Positions 26,741-41,100 of a stretch of DNA of 62,000 bases are shown here, one piece after another. The notes below the pieces were generated by a model. It worked only from the letters and a program-made list of their open reading frames with translations, ran no database searches and was not told where the DNA came from. Origin of the DNA: Vicugna vicugna (lineage: Eukaryota); NCBI GenBank assembly GCA_013265495.1, contig MU058557.1, positions 186,001 to 248,000 of the forward strand. Reading direction: 5' to 3'. Position numbers and translations under genes: made by a program. Each line of letters starts with the position of its first letter. Within the stretch, counting starts at the first letter, position 1.

Positions 26741-29554
26741 CATAAATCCGTAGGGGTTTCTGGCCGGCGTTTGTTTAGGGTTTCCACGTCTACGTCCACG
26801 AGGTCGCCCCACTCTTGCGCTGCCCCTGGGAGTTTCCATGACTCTGCCCCCCTCATAAAGTGAAAGGCTTTGGCTCTTTTCTAACCTCTTTTCAACCTCT
26901 GGAACACTTCATATGAGACAGGGCTTATTTCTTGAAGATTCATGAAATTCGCAAATAAACCACCTGGTGCTTTGGGGGGAGAGAGGAGGTTTTAATGTAA
27001 TTGGTCTCTACACTGTTTTCTATCTTACTAAGTAAGTTACTAAGTAATTAATGTTTCCTGCTAGAAAGGCACTATATTTTTCACACTTATTGGCAATGTT
27101 GTTTGTAGTGTTCCTGGACTTTAGATCATTTCAGCCCAAAAGTTGTTATGTTGTGCTTTCCCTTCGTCTCTTGATCACTTTTGCCAAAGTTTGTGACATT
27201 ATTATTAGTCTTTCAAGCAGTTGACTTGTGGCTTTTATTAATGTTTAATATTGTTTTCTATTTCATTAAGTTTCACTCTTTATTAGCTCCATTCCTCCAT
27301 TTTTCCTTTTAGATTTGTTTGTTCTTTATGTAGCTGGAGCTGAATGCTCCCCTGACTGCAGGCTCAGTCTCTCATTCTCCAACACCTGCGTATAAAACAA
27401 GGAGTTTCAGTATTCAGATCGACACCCACACATCACACCGACGTGGGGCTTTTGACGGCACATGGTGGTCCACCACCTTACTGACAGGGTCCCCACTGCC
27501 CAAGGAGGGGAGTCCCAGGGCCCCCGCTGAGGGCTCTCATCTCACAGAAGCCCGTTACAGACGTGCTCCTGAGGCCCCAAGCCAGCCCAGTCACCCTCGT
27601 GGCTCCATCCCGGTCCCTTCTTATCCAAATGAGTCCCCCCACCGCGGGATTTCCATTCATCTGTGCAGGCGTGGATGTACATCTAAGAACTGTTTCTGCT
27701 TCGTCCTTCCGTGCTTGATGGTCTTTTCGAAGCAGCTGGTCTTGGTCTGTGTACGGACGGGGTGGTGGACAGTACAACCTCCCTTTTCTGCAGCATCTGA
27801 GTCAGCTGCTTCACCAGCAGACCCTCCTCGTGGGGAGGGGGGAGCCGCTATGACGAGGGGGTTGTCTTACAGACAAGCTCCCAGGAGATGGTGCCAAGCC
27901 TCTGCCCCCGGGTCTCCGTCTCTCCGGACAACACCTGGTGCTGTGGCTCCCATGCGTCCTCAGGTCAGTGGGCCCTACAGAGCGTGTGGCACCGATGGGA
28001 TGGGGCACCTGGGGCGCTACGTGGTGCCCACCCCACCCAGAAGGCAGGCAGGCGCCCTGGGGCTGGTTCTTACCTGGCCCAGGGCTGCTGGAGGGAGAAG
28101 GTCTGGCCTGGGTGCTGGACAGAGGCTGGAGGAGGAGAAGGTGCCAGCAGGGTCAGAGGGGAGAGTGGGGTGGGAAGTGCAGGGGTGCAAGGAGAGAGAG
28201 GAAGAGGAAGGAAGGGAGGAGATGGCACCTCGGGGAGGCGAACTTTGAGGGTCGGACACATTCTCTCTGGAGCTAACCAGACAGATGGACTCGCAGAGGG
28301 AGGCCCAGGCACCTGGGCCTCGTGGGGCAGAGGTCAAGTCGAGCATGGGGTCAGGGTTGGGTGGATGGACTCCGGGCCCTGGTACTCTGGGACAGAGGCT
28401 GGCGGGGGACAGTGACAGGAAGATGAGCAGAGCCCCTGGGAGTGGGAGGGGGCAGCAGGGACCTCTCCTCGGGACCACTCAACACGGCCTATCCAGGCTG
28501 GACCACACACCGCCTGGGGAGTGGGACCAAGGGGCTCCGCTGTGGGGCCAGGGAAGGTGTCCTGGGGAGGGGGTGAGCTGAGCGGGGGCAATGCTGGCCC
28601 CCCAGGGCAATGACACCCAGGGAGGAGGGGGCACCATACCTATACCCCTGGTTTTTGTAAGTTATGAAATTAGTGACATTTCAGAAAGTTCATGGAAACC
28701 TGGTTCCACAGACATTTTTATACACACAGGCCCGCAGGGCTCTCCCATTCGGACAGGAATGTCCTGTGGTTAACACTCCCCAGGGGCTGAAGGAGGCCAG
28801 TTCTGCCAGCCCTTCCCAAACCACCTCGCAGCAGGGGAGGAGGCTGAGGTCCCCCAGGGCCCACTCCCCCTTCCTGCCCAGGAAACCTGACCAGCACCTG
28901 CACCCAGTCCCAGAACGGAGACCTCTGCCCGCCCACCTTCAGAACCTCGGTTCCAAGCGGTGTGGGGGCAGGACCTCCTGGGGAGGGGCAGAGGCTGGAA
29001 ACAGCACAAGGCAGCAGTCTTCTCCTTGGAGGACTGAACGCCCTGCGCTTCCCGAGTGTGTGATGCAAACCAGAGTCGGGAGCCTGCGGCCCTGCTGCCC
29101 TGGGGGCGCGTGCTGGGTGGGTGGCCCAGGGAGCAGGGTGGGTGCCTCCTTTGAACCAAACTCCCGGAGCCTGGGTTTCCTTCAGCCACGGAAGGGCACC
29201 CCGCAGGCGGCTGGAGGAGACAGGTTCCCTGAGGACGGGGTCTGAGAGGACGCCACCCGTCCCCTGGGGCCCCAGGCAGGTGAGGTGCGGAGGAAGGGCA
29301 GTCCCCCCCAGGGGCTCAGCTGGTCTTGGGGTTTGGAGACCCCTCCCCCCTGAGCAGGACCCCAGGCAGACTGGCCCCTAGAGCCCCTCCCTGGGTGTCC
29401 ACCTGGAGTCCAGCCATGCACCACGAGGGCCAGCGCTGGTTAACCCTGTGGCTTCTGGTTTTAACTGCTCCCCACCTGGTCAGAGTGTTAACTGCTAGAG
29501 CCTTATTTTGGGGAACAGTTTGGCAACGTCTACTTCTCTCTTCTTATTGTGTCA

Positions 29555-30080
29555 TGTAGTATTTACCATTTTCAAGTGACCAGCTCAGCATTGCTAAGCA
29601 CATTCACACGGCTGTGCAGCCACCACCACCACCAGCCAGAGCTCTTTCCATCTTGCGAAATTGAAGCTCAGTCCCCATCAAACACCCCCAGCCCCTGGCA
29701 ACTGCCGTCCTGCTTTCTGTCTCTATGAATCTACCTGATCTAGGGACCTCGTATGAGGGGTTCACAGAGGCTCTGTCCTTTGGAGACTGGCCCGTTTACT
29801 CAGCACAGCGTCCTCAAGGTCCAAAACACTCTAGCCTGTGTTGGGGGCCCTTCCTTTTCAAGGCTGACGGACACTCCACCATGAAACATACATGCTTGCC
29901 TATCCATCCACTGTCAGTGACACCAGGCTGCCTCCCCATCTCAGCTGTGGGGAACTGTGCTGCTGCGAGCACGGGGCTGTGAATGTCTCTCTGAGACCCT
30001 GCTTTCACTTCCTTTGGGACGGAGCCCCCGACGTGGGACTGCTGGGCCCCAGGACAAGTCTACCGAGGGCTCAGTTTTAA
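29555..30080 (-). mobile_element. L1MB/ME-like 3' end fragment
   Basis: cacattcacacggctgtgcagccaccacc and cccagcccctggcaac..ctgctttctgtctctatgaat. Confidence 0.75.
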
Positions 30081-33000
30081 CTTCAGGTGTGTTCTGGTAT
30101 GAGGGTTTCTCCCTCTACAGGCCCCCAACCCTAAGAGGACAGCAGGACTGTCTGACCCACTGCCCAGGGCCCACCCAGGGTGTGGCGTCACTCGCTCCCT
30201 CAGGACAGGAGAGACAGGATCCGCCAAGAGGAAAGACGTCTGGAAGAGGGGCAGTATGCCTAGGCCTGAGCAGGGGAGGGAGGGCGCCTGCGGGCACGGC
30301 CTCACCGCTCCACACGGCCTCGGGGAGGACCTCGGGGCCACCCAGCGGACTGCGTGGACAGCAGCAGGGCTGAGGGCAGTGGGAGGCGGCCGGCAGTGGG
30401 GGAGGCGGCTCCCTGAAGCACTTGCAGTGTCTCTCATAGGGATGCTGGGGCTCCCGCACAGGAGCCCCCAACACTCGCATCTTTTCCTCCGCTCTTGGGG
30501 GGCACTCGGCTCCCTGTGCCAAGCCTCCGGCGCCAGCCCTCAAGTTTGGCTCCCACGAACTCTCACTGTCCCGGAATGTTCTTTCACCAGAGCCTCTGTC
30601 CCTACTTTGCGGGCGCAAGGCTGTGCTCTTGTTGGGTTCTGCCCCCAGCTCACCACCACGCTGCCCAACCCGGACTCCGGCGTCAGTTTACACCCAGAGC
30701 AGCGACGAGGAAGCCACCAGGCTCCTCCCTCCACCCCAGGCATCTGTGCCTCTGTCCTCCAGAGAGTCTGAGGCCGGGCCTGTCCTTGGCTTTCCCTGCC
30801 ACGGACCCAACCCGGTGGTCCTGGGCTCCACTCGGTCCGCCTCCCAGGTCTCTGGCCACTCCTGGTCTTGCTTGGCTTCAGAAGGGGTGGAGAGCCATCC
30901 TCCTGCAAGACCGCCACACCAGCCCCCTTCGCTCCTCCTGCCGTGTCTGCTCTGAAGGGGAAGCTCCAGCCCAACACGCAGTTCCTCCCAGAGCGCGGCC
31001 AGCGTCCTCCCGACCACCCAGGGGCCGGCCCCCGGCCCTCCCGCTCCTGGCTCTGCCCATTTCCTGGAAACACCCTGGCCTCCTCTCCACCGGACCAGCA
31101 CCCCAGGAGGGCCCCGGGCCCCCGGGGCTCAGTCAGCTGCGCCGTGATCCTGAGCGGTCCCGCGGCCGCCAGTGGTGTGGAGGTGCCTTGCTGGCAGAGC
31201 CCAGTGACTGTCTCTGTCCAGCCTCCTGCACTCCCAGCACAGCACCCAGCTGGCCCCGGGCCTGGCTCCGACCCACTGACCACCGTGAGCACTCAGGCAG
31301 GTCCACATCCCCCTTGCTCCCTCCTCACTGCCAGCACCCAGGCTGGGGCATGTCTGTTCAGCTCACTTGCCTCCCCAAGTGGAGTAAGTTCATGAGGGTG
31401 GGACCGGGCCAGGGCCTAGGACAGTGCCGTGCAGCCCCAGTCCTCGAGAAAGGGGCCAGAAGGGAGGCACAAGACCCCAACACAACGGCTCCCAGCTCCG
31501 TGAGGCACCAGCTCTCCCCGAGGCGGGAAAGGTGTGTGGCACCACGCGCACGCTGAGCCCAACATCAGATGCAGGAAAAGAGCCACGATGCCCGGGGCCG
31601 ACAAAGGACTGGTGTCTCAGCACAAAGGCGCTCACAGAAGAGCAACAGGAGGACAAAGGACCCACAGAACTGTGGGCGACCGCACCAAGGGGCGACTCAC
31701 AGAAGCACAGACCCACGGCCCGCGTCCATCTCGGGTGCAGAACCTTCCAGGCCAGGCAGCTCTCTCTGCCGCCGGCCGCCCTCTGCTTGGCCCCAGCTCG
31801 CACGCTGAGAAGCTCCAGCTCTACAGAAACTTCTGGCAAGCGCTGCGACCACCCCCACCAAGTAGGGACGCTGCCCCGTGTGCACCAGGGGTCTTGGGCC
31901 ACCCAGCTGGGGCACCAGGGCCCTCAGCCCCAGGGCAGCATCACCGCGAGGGAGGGGCTGTTTCTCCAGGAGCCCCCCACACGGCTGCCCCCTGCCGCCC
32001 GCAGAACCCCACGCCCGTCATCACAGGCGGCCTCCCTGCTGTCGGCAGTGCAGGGTCCAGGCGCGCCACACCTGCCCGCCTGCCTGGTTGCTCTCCTTGA
32101 ATCTAGAGCCCTCCCTGCCCCTTTCCTTGAAACTTCTCTCTACCGCGGTACAACACGCACGACGTAAAACCGACCCTCCGAGCCGTTCTCCAGCACACAA
32201 GCCCGCGGCACCCGGTGCACCCAGGGCGCAAACAAGCCAACACCGCCCCTCGTGCCAGGGCAGGGAGGCCCCGCCCCCTCCCCAGCCCTGGCAGCCACGA
32301 GCCTGCTCTCTGTGGGCCCGTCTGGTCTGACGTTCGGGGCGAGGGAGTCACTCCGCTGCTGGGCAGCGTGCCCTGGGCTCGCCCACCCGCGGGGGTCGGG
32401 GCGGCCGCTGTAAACATGCATGTGTAAGTGGGGCTCCAGCCCCTGTGCCACTTTTTCTCAACGAGTGATTTTCTGACCCTGTGGGGACCCTGCGTCTGGC
32501 CTTCTGAGGGACTGCAGACCGCTTTCTGGAGAGGCTGCCCCACTGCATACCCCACCAGCAACACTCGCCTCGCGGCCCAGAGCAGGTGCCAAGGACCACT
32601 GCAGCTCACAGCCTGCGAAGGGTGAGGCGAGCCGTCATGGGTTTCTGAAAAATGCCCCGATGCCCGGGATGGGCCTCGGAATAGGACACTGACTCCCACC
32701 ATGCTCCAGACACCCAGGATGCCACGTGTAGGGCTGTTTCTGTGGCCCCAACATGCTGACTGTGTGTCCTGTGGGAGGGAGAACCAAGGGGCCCTTTGTC
32801 TCCAGGAGCTGACCTCTCTGTACAGCCGCGTGCCTGCCCTCGTGGGCGCTGGGGCTCTGTGATGGCAGGTGACCAGGCAGCCCCCACCCCGGCCTGCCTC
32901 CCGGGGTTGGCTGGCCCAGGAGCAGGACCCGGTGCAGGCAGGGGAAGGCCACACGCAGCGCCCCACCCCGCCCGGCTCCAGGTCCATGCAGCTGGGCCAC

Positions 33001-34884
33001 GGCACGGCTGAGGCGCAAAGCTGGGCCATGAGGAGCTCTGCACAGCAGCGGGCGGCCCAACGCATTTGCTGTAAAAATGATCCAGCCATGGTGCCTGCGA
33101 CCCAAGCAGCTCTCAGGAGCAAAGCCTGTCCAAGGCCAAGACCTCGAGTTCCACTCGCACCTGTGCCACTGGCCCCCTTTCTCCGGCAGCCTGGGGCAGC
33201 TGCCAGCTCTCACCGGCCCAGCTCAGCTTTCGCTGGTGTCCGAGCCTTATCTGGACACGGCTGCTTCCTGCTAATCAGGAGAGAAGGTCAGGGGCGCCTT
33301 CTCAGTGTCTCTGGCAGCCGGTGGGGCTGGAACGGCCCTGCAGGAAGCAAGGGACAGGCAGGCACTTCAGCACCAAGGCCGGGACCCCCGGGAGGGGTGG
33401 TGGCCACCTTCCTGCTGCAACAGAGGCCCCCCGCCAGGGGACCAGGGCACAGGGAGGAGGGGCAAAGGAGCCAGCCTCTCAGAGGCGGCAGTGGGCCTTG
33501 GGAGCCAGGGCCAGCATGGCCACGGGCATGGAGCAGCTGGCCGGTGGGTGGGCCTGGCCAAGCACGGGTGCCCAATAGAGGCCTGTCGGCCCAGACACCT
33601 GCAGAGAGCACCATGCGTCTGTGTCAACCCCCCCGAGGGGGTTGTGTGAACAACACTGGGGTGCACGCACAGCCTCAGCATGGGGCCTGGGACCAGTGAG
33701 CTCCAGCTAGCCGGCAATGGGGCGCATACACATGGGGTCATCAGCCATCACGGGACCCGGGCCTAGCCAAGAGGACACCTGTCCTCGGGCCGGCCAGGCC
33801 TGTGTCCTCCGCCCTGCTGACCCAGACGCCCCAGGCACGCGGGCACACCTCATCAGCTGCTGGAGGGGAGCCCCACGTTGTCCCGGCAGGAAGGGGCCCC
33901 TGCCTGGCACTTTCCTGTGGGTGAGGCTCCTCTCTGGCAGGGGAGGCACAGGCCAGCATGGGGAGGGCGGGGGCAGAGGACGGCTACTGGCCGTAGGCAG
34001 CAAGGACACTGGGCTGAGGGCAGTCCCATGTGGCCCTGCTGTAGGTGGGAGGCTGTGGGCTGGGTGACTCACAGCCAGGACAGCAGGGCCCCAGCTAGCT
34101 GGACAGGGCAGGCCACGGCCTTCCTTTGGCCTCTCTGCCAAAATCTACTGTCTTCTACTGCACACCTGCCTTCTCATGGGGCAGGGGGCAGGGGTCAAGG
34201 GTGGGGAGGGTGAGGGCACACTGGGGGTGGCCCTGGAAGGAGGCACCTGTTCCCAGCTCCTGTAACATTCAGCTTTCCCAGGGGCTCAGCTAGCATGCCC
34301 TGACCTCACCCCTGGCCTGGCTGGGCTCAGCCAGGTCCCCAGGCCACTCTGGCAAGGAGCCAGAGCCTTCTCTCTGGGAAGCCTGAACCCCCAGTCCAGG
34401 CAGCAAAGATCAAGGACAGGCTCCCGCGAGGGCCAGGAGGAGCGGGGCCCCCGGCTGGCACGCAGGGCCCTCGTGGGCAGGCTCGCAGGACGGACAGATC
34501 AGCCCCTGCTGGGCGAGAGGCGTGGCTACAGGGGGTGCTGGGCAGCTCTAGGTCATCAGACATCGAGGGGTGGAGGGGCCCAGAGCAGCTGGAGCTGGTG
34601 GGGAGCAGGGCAGGGTCCGCACGTCTCACTGGCGTCTTACAGCTAGGGGTCACAAGGAGCCCGAACCGGCTCCCAGGCCCGGACCCCCGCCCAGCACACA
34701 GCGCTGCAGGCCCCACTGCACGCAGGCTCCGCTGGCCTCAGGTCCATGCAGGGGAGGACGTGCCCACGGGGCCTGGCGAGGGGACGGAGGGCAGCAGGTA
34801 CGTGCACCCTGGAAGACCTGTGAGGGGAGAGACGCGCTTGTACTGCACCCTTGAAAGCACCGGGGAGACGGCAGGAGCCACAGA

Positions 34885-35110
34885 CTACGGATCCCCAGAT
34901 TCGTACGTCAAAGCCCCAAGCCCCAGTGTGATGTTATTAGAAAGAAAAACTCGGGGAGGTGATTGGGTCATGAGGGTGGAGCCTCATGAATGGGATAAGT
35001 GCCCTGATAAAGGGACCCCGGAGAGCTCCCTGGCCTCACCCACCACATGAGGTCCCAGCGGGGAGACGTCATGTAAGAACCCGGAAGAGGGCCCTCATCA
35101 GACACGGGGT
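34885..35110 (+). mobile_element. MLT1A-like LTR fragment
   Basis: ggaggtgattgggtcatgagggtggagcctcatgaatgggataagtgccctgataaagggacccc. Confidence 0.8.
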
Positions 35111-38100
35111 TGGGGCCCCACGGCCGCCAGAGCTGAGACAGGGCGAGGGGGTGCGGTCCTGTCTCGGAGGACTTCTCAGCTAGGAGTCAAGGCCCCTCCC
35201 CTCTGGGGGGTCACGGGTGGGGCCTGAGGGGCAGAAGGACAGAGTTGTCGTCCAGCAGAAAGCTGAGCCCTCGGAACGCGTACCCAGGGTCTGGGCCCCC
35301 AGCAGGGCCCCTGGACTGCTGGGCTGCATCTCCACCCCTCCCTGCCCCTAGGCTCCCCACACAGAGGCCCCCCCCAACCCAGGGAGCCCGGGAGGTGCTG
35401 GAGGCCAACAGCCACGGCAATCCCACACCAGGCTGCTGGGGAAGAGCCCACTGGGCAGTGTGCTGCCCTCACTCCCACCTGCAGCCACCACTGGCCAGCA
35501 GAGGGTCGGCACAGCCTGGGCTCCATTTAGGAGTTCCCATGTGCTCTGGGGGCCCTGCTGCACAGGTCACCCTCAGACAGCCTGCCCGCTGACACCCACG
35601 ATACAGGGACCCCCGCACACCAGTGCCAAGGATGTGTGGGCAGTCACGAGACTGCTAGGTGTCCGAGGGGCTGCACGTGTGGCCCACCCACGGAGCTGAG
35701 TGTGGTCCTTCCCGGGCTGAGCCCCTCAGTGTGACACCCTGCACTGGACATGGCAGAGCCTGGAGCCAAGGAGGGGGCCCGACATCTAACCAGACCCCAG
35801 TGGGGATTCTTCCGGACGAGCAGACACGGTGCTCACACCGGGCAGACGCTGCATCCTGAGGAGGAGGACAAAGAAAAAACACATCTGAACAGCCAGAGAA
35901 CACACCACCCACGGAGGAACCACCGGCAGGCTTACTGCAAAACCACCAGAGGCGTGGGGACAGACTCTGCCCCGGCCCCTCGGTCCCCAGGGTGTGAGGG
36001 ACGGGCCACAGAGGACTGAGAAGGGGGCGCCCGGGTGGGGGCCTGGGGGTGGGCAGGGGCACGTGAGGAGGGGCGGAGCCGGAGGCTGGGGGGTGCAGAG
36101 CCCTGCGCGAGGCCCCGACTTTCTCAGGAAGGCGGGAGGGACGCCAGCTTCCCTTCCGTGCCAGGAAACCTCACTTTTTAAGCAAATGGTAACAAACGAC
36201 CTAGAAAACAGGTTTCCTGGAGGGAGTGAAAGAAAAGTTCCAAGGAATAAATGACAAAAATCACAAAGGACAAGCACAGCGGAGAAAAGACGACAGAGTA
36301 AGCGCGGCACACCATCCGGCGCCGACACGCGAAGGCGCCCGTGTGGGTCTCCAGCCGCTGCTCCTCCGCACCAGAAGGCAGACGGCACGCGGGCGCGGGG
36401 AGGGCGCGGGGACGCTTGCGCGTGAGGAGTGGGGGATGTGCTTGAGGAAAACGCGGTATTCGGGTAAAGGTGACAAATGACCAAAGGGCTTGTCACCAGG
36501 AAGCGGAGCCGTGGCAGCCCCGCCCCTCTGGGATCAACTGGAAGGTAGAAACGCTGTGACCCAGCTGGGTGGTGACCTGGAGGCACCAGCCGCCACCCTG
36601 GGCCGCGGGTCCACAGAGAGATCCTGTGCCCAGCAGGCCAGGGCGAGTCACAGAGGCTGCATGGCAGGACCCCTCCATCCCGATGCCCCGCCATCTGCGT
36701 GGCCTCAGCTGGAGCAGATACCCCTCTAAAGTGGAATCCCAGGAACCCCATGGCCCTCCTCTTACCCCAGACAGAGCCGGCCCCAGTTCCCATCTCAGCT
36801 GACAGCCTGTGGGCGCCCCCGCCCCACCTGGGTCCCACACTGCTCAGATCTCCACCCAGACCACCGCCCATCTTTCAGCCTGCCACCTCCAGTGGCAGAT
36901 CCACCTGTCAGCCCGCCCAGCCCCCACCTGGGACCCCTCTCCCACACTCTGGCTCCACCTGGGGCATCTGCGATGCTGGCCACAGCCCCAAGAACTCTTG
37001 GCACCAAATGTTCACCGAGGTCCATTTCTTGGGCCGACACCTCACGTGCCCTCCCACCCCTGCTCCACTGCTGCTCTGCTGAGAAACAGGTGATCTGAGG
37101 AGAGCTGTTTCTCGCACCAGCCAGCACGCAGCCACCCACTCCTCCTGGTGCCCCCCTGCCACATGGCACACAGATGCTGACCCCAAGCCCCTCTGGCTGC
37201 TGCAGAGGCTGTCACCGCACGGGGTGCAGTGTCACACCAAGGTCAGCCCAGTGGTCAGGGGCACCAGCCCCCAGGCTCAGCCACTTCCCACCACGGGCAC
37301 AGTGCTTACTCCTGGGGGCCCCACCTCCCAGGTGCAAAGCTGCCACTGTGTCCGCTTAGGTGGGTCCTGCCTCACAGCCTGTTCTCCATGGAGAAGCCCC
37401 GAGACCCCAAGAGGCAAGGAGGCAGAGTTGACGCCAGCGGAGCCTCCCCTCCCCAGGCAACGACGCCGTGGACACTCGCTCCGAGTTCTGGCCCTGCTTG
37501 GAGTCAGTCTCCTCGTGTGGACAAGGCACCAGGCGCGCCTGCTCGTCGGGTGAGCTCCTCATGGACCACGACCCTGCCGGTCACAGAAGATGCGGGGATG
37601 GAGAGAACGCTGCAGGCGAGCACCCCAGCTGTGCCCAAGCACAGCACTGCCTGGACCTCGCCCAGCCACGGGGAGAAGCCCTCTGAGAGGTTTCAGGCTC
37701 TGAGCAGACTAGAAGGCTCTTCCCTAACCCCTCAGTGGTGCCACCCCCACCCACCGCGAGGATGCTCGGGCCCCGGGCCCCTGACACCCTACACTGCAGA
37801 GACCCAGCCAGGGGTCCGAACACCCTGGACTCTCCCAGGGCTCTTGGAAGCCCTGCGTCCCCTCCTCAACCGCCAGCCAACCTGGTCCCCAGGACGTCCA
37901 GGGGGCAGGTGACAGGAAGCACATTTGGAATGTCGACGGAAATGCCAAGCCAGTCACAGGGACGTGAGAGCGGCGAGGAGGCAGGCCCCTGCCAACCACA
38001 AGTGCACCTCCCCGCAGGCCTTCGTCGAGCACCCAGCTCCACAGCCGCCCCCTCCACAAACCCAGCACACGGCGTCACGGCCGCTGGCCTGGGGAAGGGG

Positions 38101-41100
38101 TGCGGGTCTGCCTGGAGAGGCCTTCCGGGACGGCACGGAGCCAGCCACGCGCCGGAGGACGGTGAACCCGACGCCCTTTCTCTGTTGGTTGGTAACACGT
38201 GAAAACGGGGCTGCCAGGCTGCCTCTGACTGAGAAAGACCTCCTCCTCACTCTCGCCTTAGGGGTGGCGGGAAAGACGCCCCAGCAGGAAGGAGCTCCCA
38301 AGGGACTGTCTTCTGCTCGGTCTACCCAGACACGTCCTCTTTCACTCCTAGCACAAAAAGCTTAATTGGAAATCCGACTTGTTACCCACTGAGCCCTCAT
38401 TTAGGGGAGCTGCCTTCTGTGGGCAGGCGCTGGGCTGAGGTCTACGCAGCCGTCCACCCTCTCCTCCAGCCCGTGCTCGCCGCCCAGGATGGTGGCACTG
38501 GGCTCCTATTTGGGGTACAGAGCAGGCTCCACGCCCCGAGAGCAGCGGCTGGTGCAGCGGCTGTCCCATCCCCGCGGGCCTCTGTGGTGGGGCCAAGGGA
38601 TGGAATGTCGGCCAGTGCTGAGCCAGGCCCCACGGCCCCCCCGGGGAGGGGTTTCTAGCAGGCGTCATTGCTTTTCTCGAGGGACTGGTTCTCCAGGAGG
38701 CCAGCAAGAGCGGGGGAGACAGGCGTGGTGTCCTCTCCGCGGGTCAGGGAAAGGGCTGAGCGTCCTGGCCGCACGGGGCCTCCCTGCAGACTTCCTCCCC
38801 CTCCCCGGGGAGGCTGGGGGCCCCCTGTCTGTGCCAAACTTCTCCCTGAGAACGCGCATCATCATCGCCCCCAAGCCAGGGGGCCTTCCTGTACCAGGCT
38901 CGCATCTGCCGACGACACAGACCTGGGCCACTCCAGTAGGGCCCCAGCGGCTCAGTCGCCAGTGGTCCTGTCCCCTGCCCAGGTTACTAACGAACAAATG
39001 TCTGAAACCTTCGAGGACGTGCCAGAACCAAGGCCCACAGGCAGGTGCTGGTGCCGGTGGGGAGTGGGACAGACACCCCAGACGGCTGAGGCCTCAGTGT
39101 CCCACGGGACCCCAGCTCTGCTCCGGCACAAACCCAGGACTCCACACTCAAGGCACTATCAGCCGGAGGAGCCGGGACCCTGTGCCCCTCAGCATCACAG
39201 CGCAGGCCCACTGGCCCCAGACCCCAGGGGCATCCTGGGCTGGTGCTGACCAGCCCCGATGCCCACCCCTCCTGCCACCTCAAGCTTTCACTGCCAGGCC
39301 GCCAGCCTCTCCTGTGCCCTCTCCTCTGGGAAGTCCCCTCCTTCGCCCTCCCGCCCAAGAGCTCTTCTGAGTCGGGCCCCAAGCCCGCCCCCGGCCCCAC
39401 CCTCACACCTCTCTGGGTCGGGGCAGGCCTACCCTGCAGCCCCAGGTCGGTTTTCTCTCAAAGCAGACGCGGCCCACAAATTCATCACAGAGTCCACCAG
39501 TGCCCTGTTGCTGCACTGGACAATCTGCAAACACACTCCAGGCCCAGCTCATCTCCCAGAGCCGGGCCACCAGGAAGGCACACCAACGCGGGGCACAGTG
39601 ACTCTGTCATTCTCTGCTAGCTTCCACTTAAAGCAGAGTGAGTGTCGGAGCCCAAGCTGGAATCCAGAGAGCCAGAGTGCGGGCAGCCAGCGTGGGGCTG
39701 GAGCCACTCAGCACCCCTAAAGGGACCCTGAACAGGGCCAGTGGCAGCGTCCTGGCCACAGGGTCACTCACAAGAGCTCAGAACCCAGGACAGGGCCTTA
39801 CAGCCAGAGTTCGCACTGCCCTCCCACCCAGCGCACCCAGCTTAGAGGGGCAGGGAACATGGGGCCCACCCCCACTCCTCTGCTGGGCCCCACCACAGGG
39901 CACCTGCAGCGACTGCCCCCACCCAGCCCCTCGGCGGCCAGGATGCCGCTCCCAGTGCGACGTGGGCCTGAGGCTCTTCCAGGCCCCTTGGAGATGTGCT
40001 GTGTCCACTCCCAGGTGGCAGAAGCCAGCCCCACGCGCGTCTCGACGCTCCCAAGCAGGGGGAGAGCCCCCGACCCGGGTTCAGCAGCAGCGACAGTGGC
40101 ACTGGCCGCCAGGAGCCACAGTGTGGTGACGCCATCCTCTGGGCTGGGGGACACCTGCACAGAGCCGTCCCTCACGCCACAGCACCTGGGGCCTGGGAAT
40201 GCAAGCTGTGCCGGAAAAGCTCATCCAACTCTCTTGCATCTAAAAGCAGGGAGGTCCTACCTACTCGAGGTCCCGTGAAAGCAGCAGCATCAGTGCCCCC
40301 GGCAAGGCCAGCCGCAGGCCTGAGCTGGGAAACAGGGTTCAAGCTCAGTGAAGGACGCCAGAGCCCAAGGCCCCTCCCCGAGGGTCTGCGCACTGGGGCA
40401 TCACCCAGTCCCCACGGGGACCACGTGTGCCCTACCAGGTCAAGTGAGACAGGGCAGAGGCTCCCAACACCAAGAAGGAGGCACACGGCCCAGGCAGGGG
40501 ACGCGGGGCACGGGCAGATGGAACCCAGGTCTGAGCAGAAAGCAGGGCCTCTGAGGGTCTCACCACTGGCCTGGCCCAGGCAGGAAGTGCACGGCCAACC
40601 CCTCCAACAGGGCTCAGCCTTCGTGGGGACAAAGGGTGCAGTGAGACAGAGCCTCAGCCCACGCTGCTCACCTCCCACCCACGGTGTGTGTGCTGCGCTG
40701 CACCTGCGGGGGGTGGGGGCGAGGGGGGCAGATCGCTGCACGGACACCAGAGACGGGGCCCGCTGATGGCCAGAGCACGAGACAGAGCAAGACCCAGCCC
40801 ATCTGCCGGCGGAGGAGAGGCCAGGCCAGACTCTCAGCCCACCCGAATCTGTCCGGAAGACTGGGAGGGCGGAACCCCACTGCACGTTGACCTGAGCCCC
40901 TCCCACAGTCACACCTGTCCTGGCCCCTCCACTGTCCCATCATTGGGACAAAGGTGCCTGGGGCCAGGCCACCAGATGTCTCCCAGGACCTATCCTGGCC
41001 CAGCCGTGCAGGAGACCCCGGGCTACGACCCTGACCTCCACGGGGCGGACTACCAGGCCTGCAGAGCTAGGCACTGAGTGTCCACCGCCGCTGAGAGGGG

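Larger units (their letters stand above)
25080..27340 (-). mobile_element. Degenerate ancient L1 (L1ME-like) region with nested elements
   Basis: T-rich block with ttcttgacctaaaggtaaa, tgctttttctgcat and ttttgccaaag. Boundaries approximate. Confidence 0.65.
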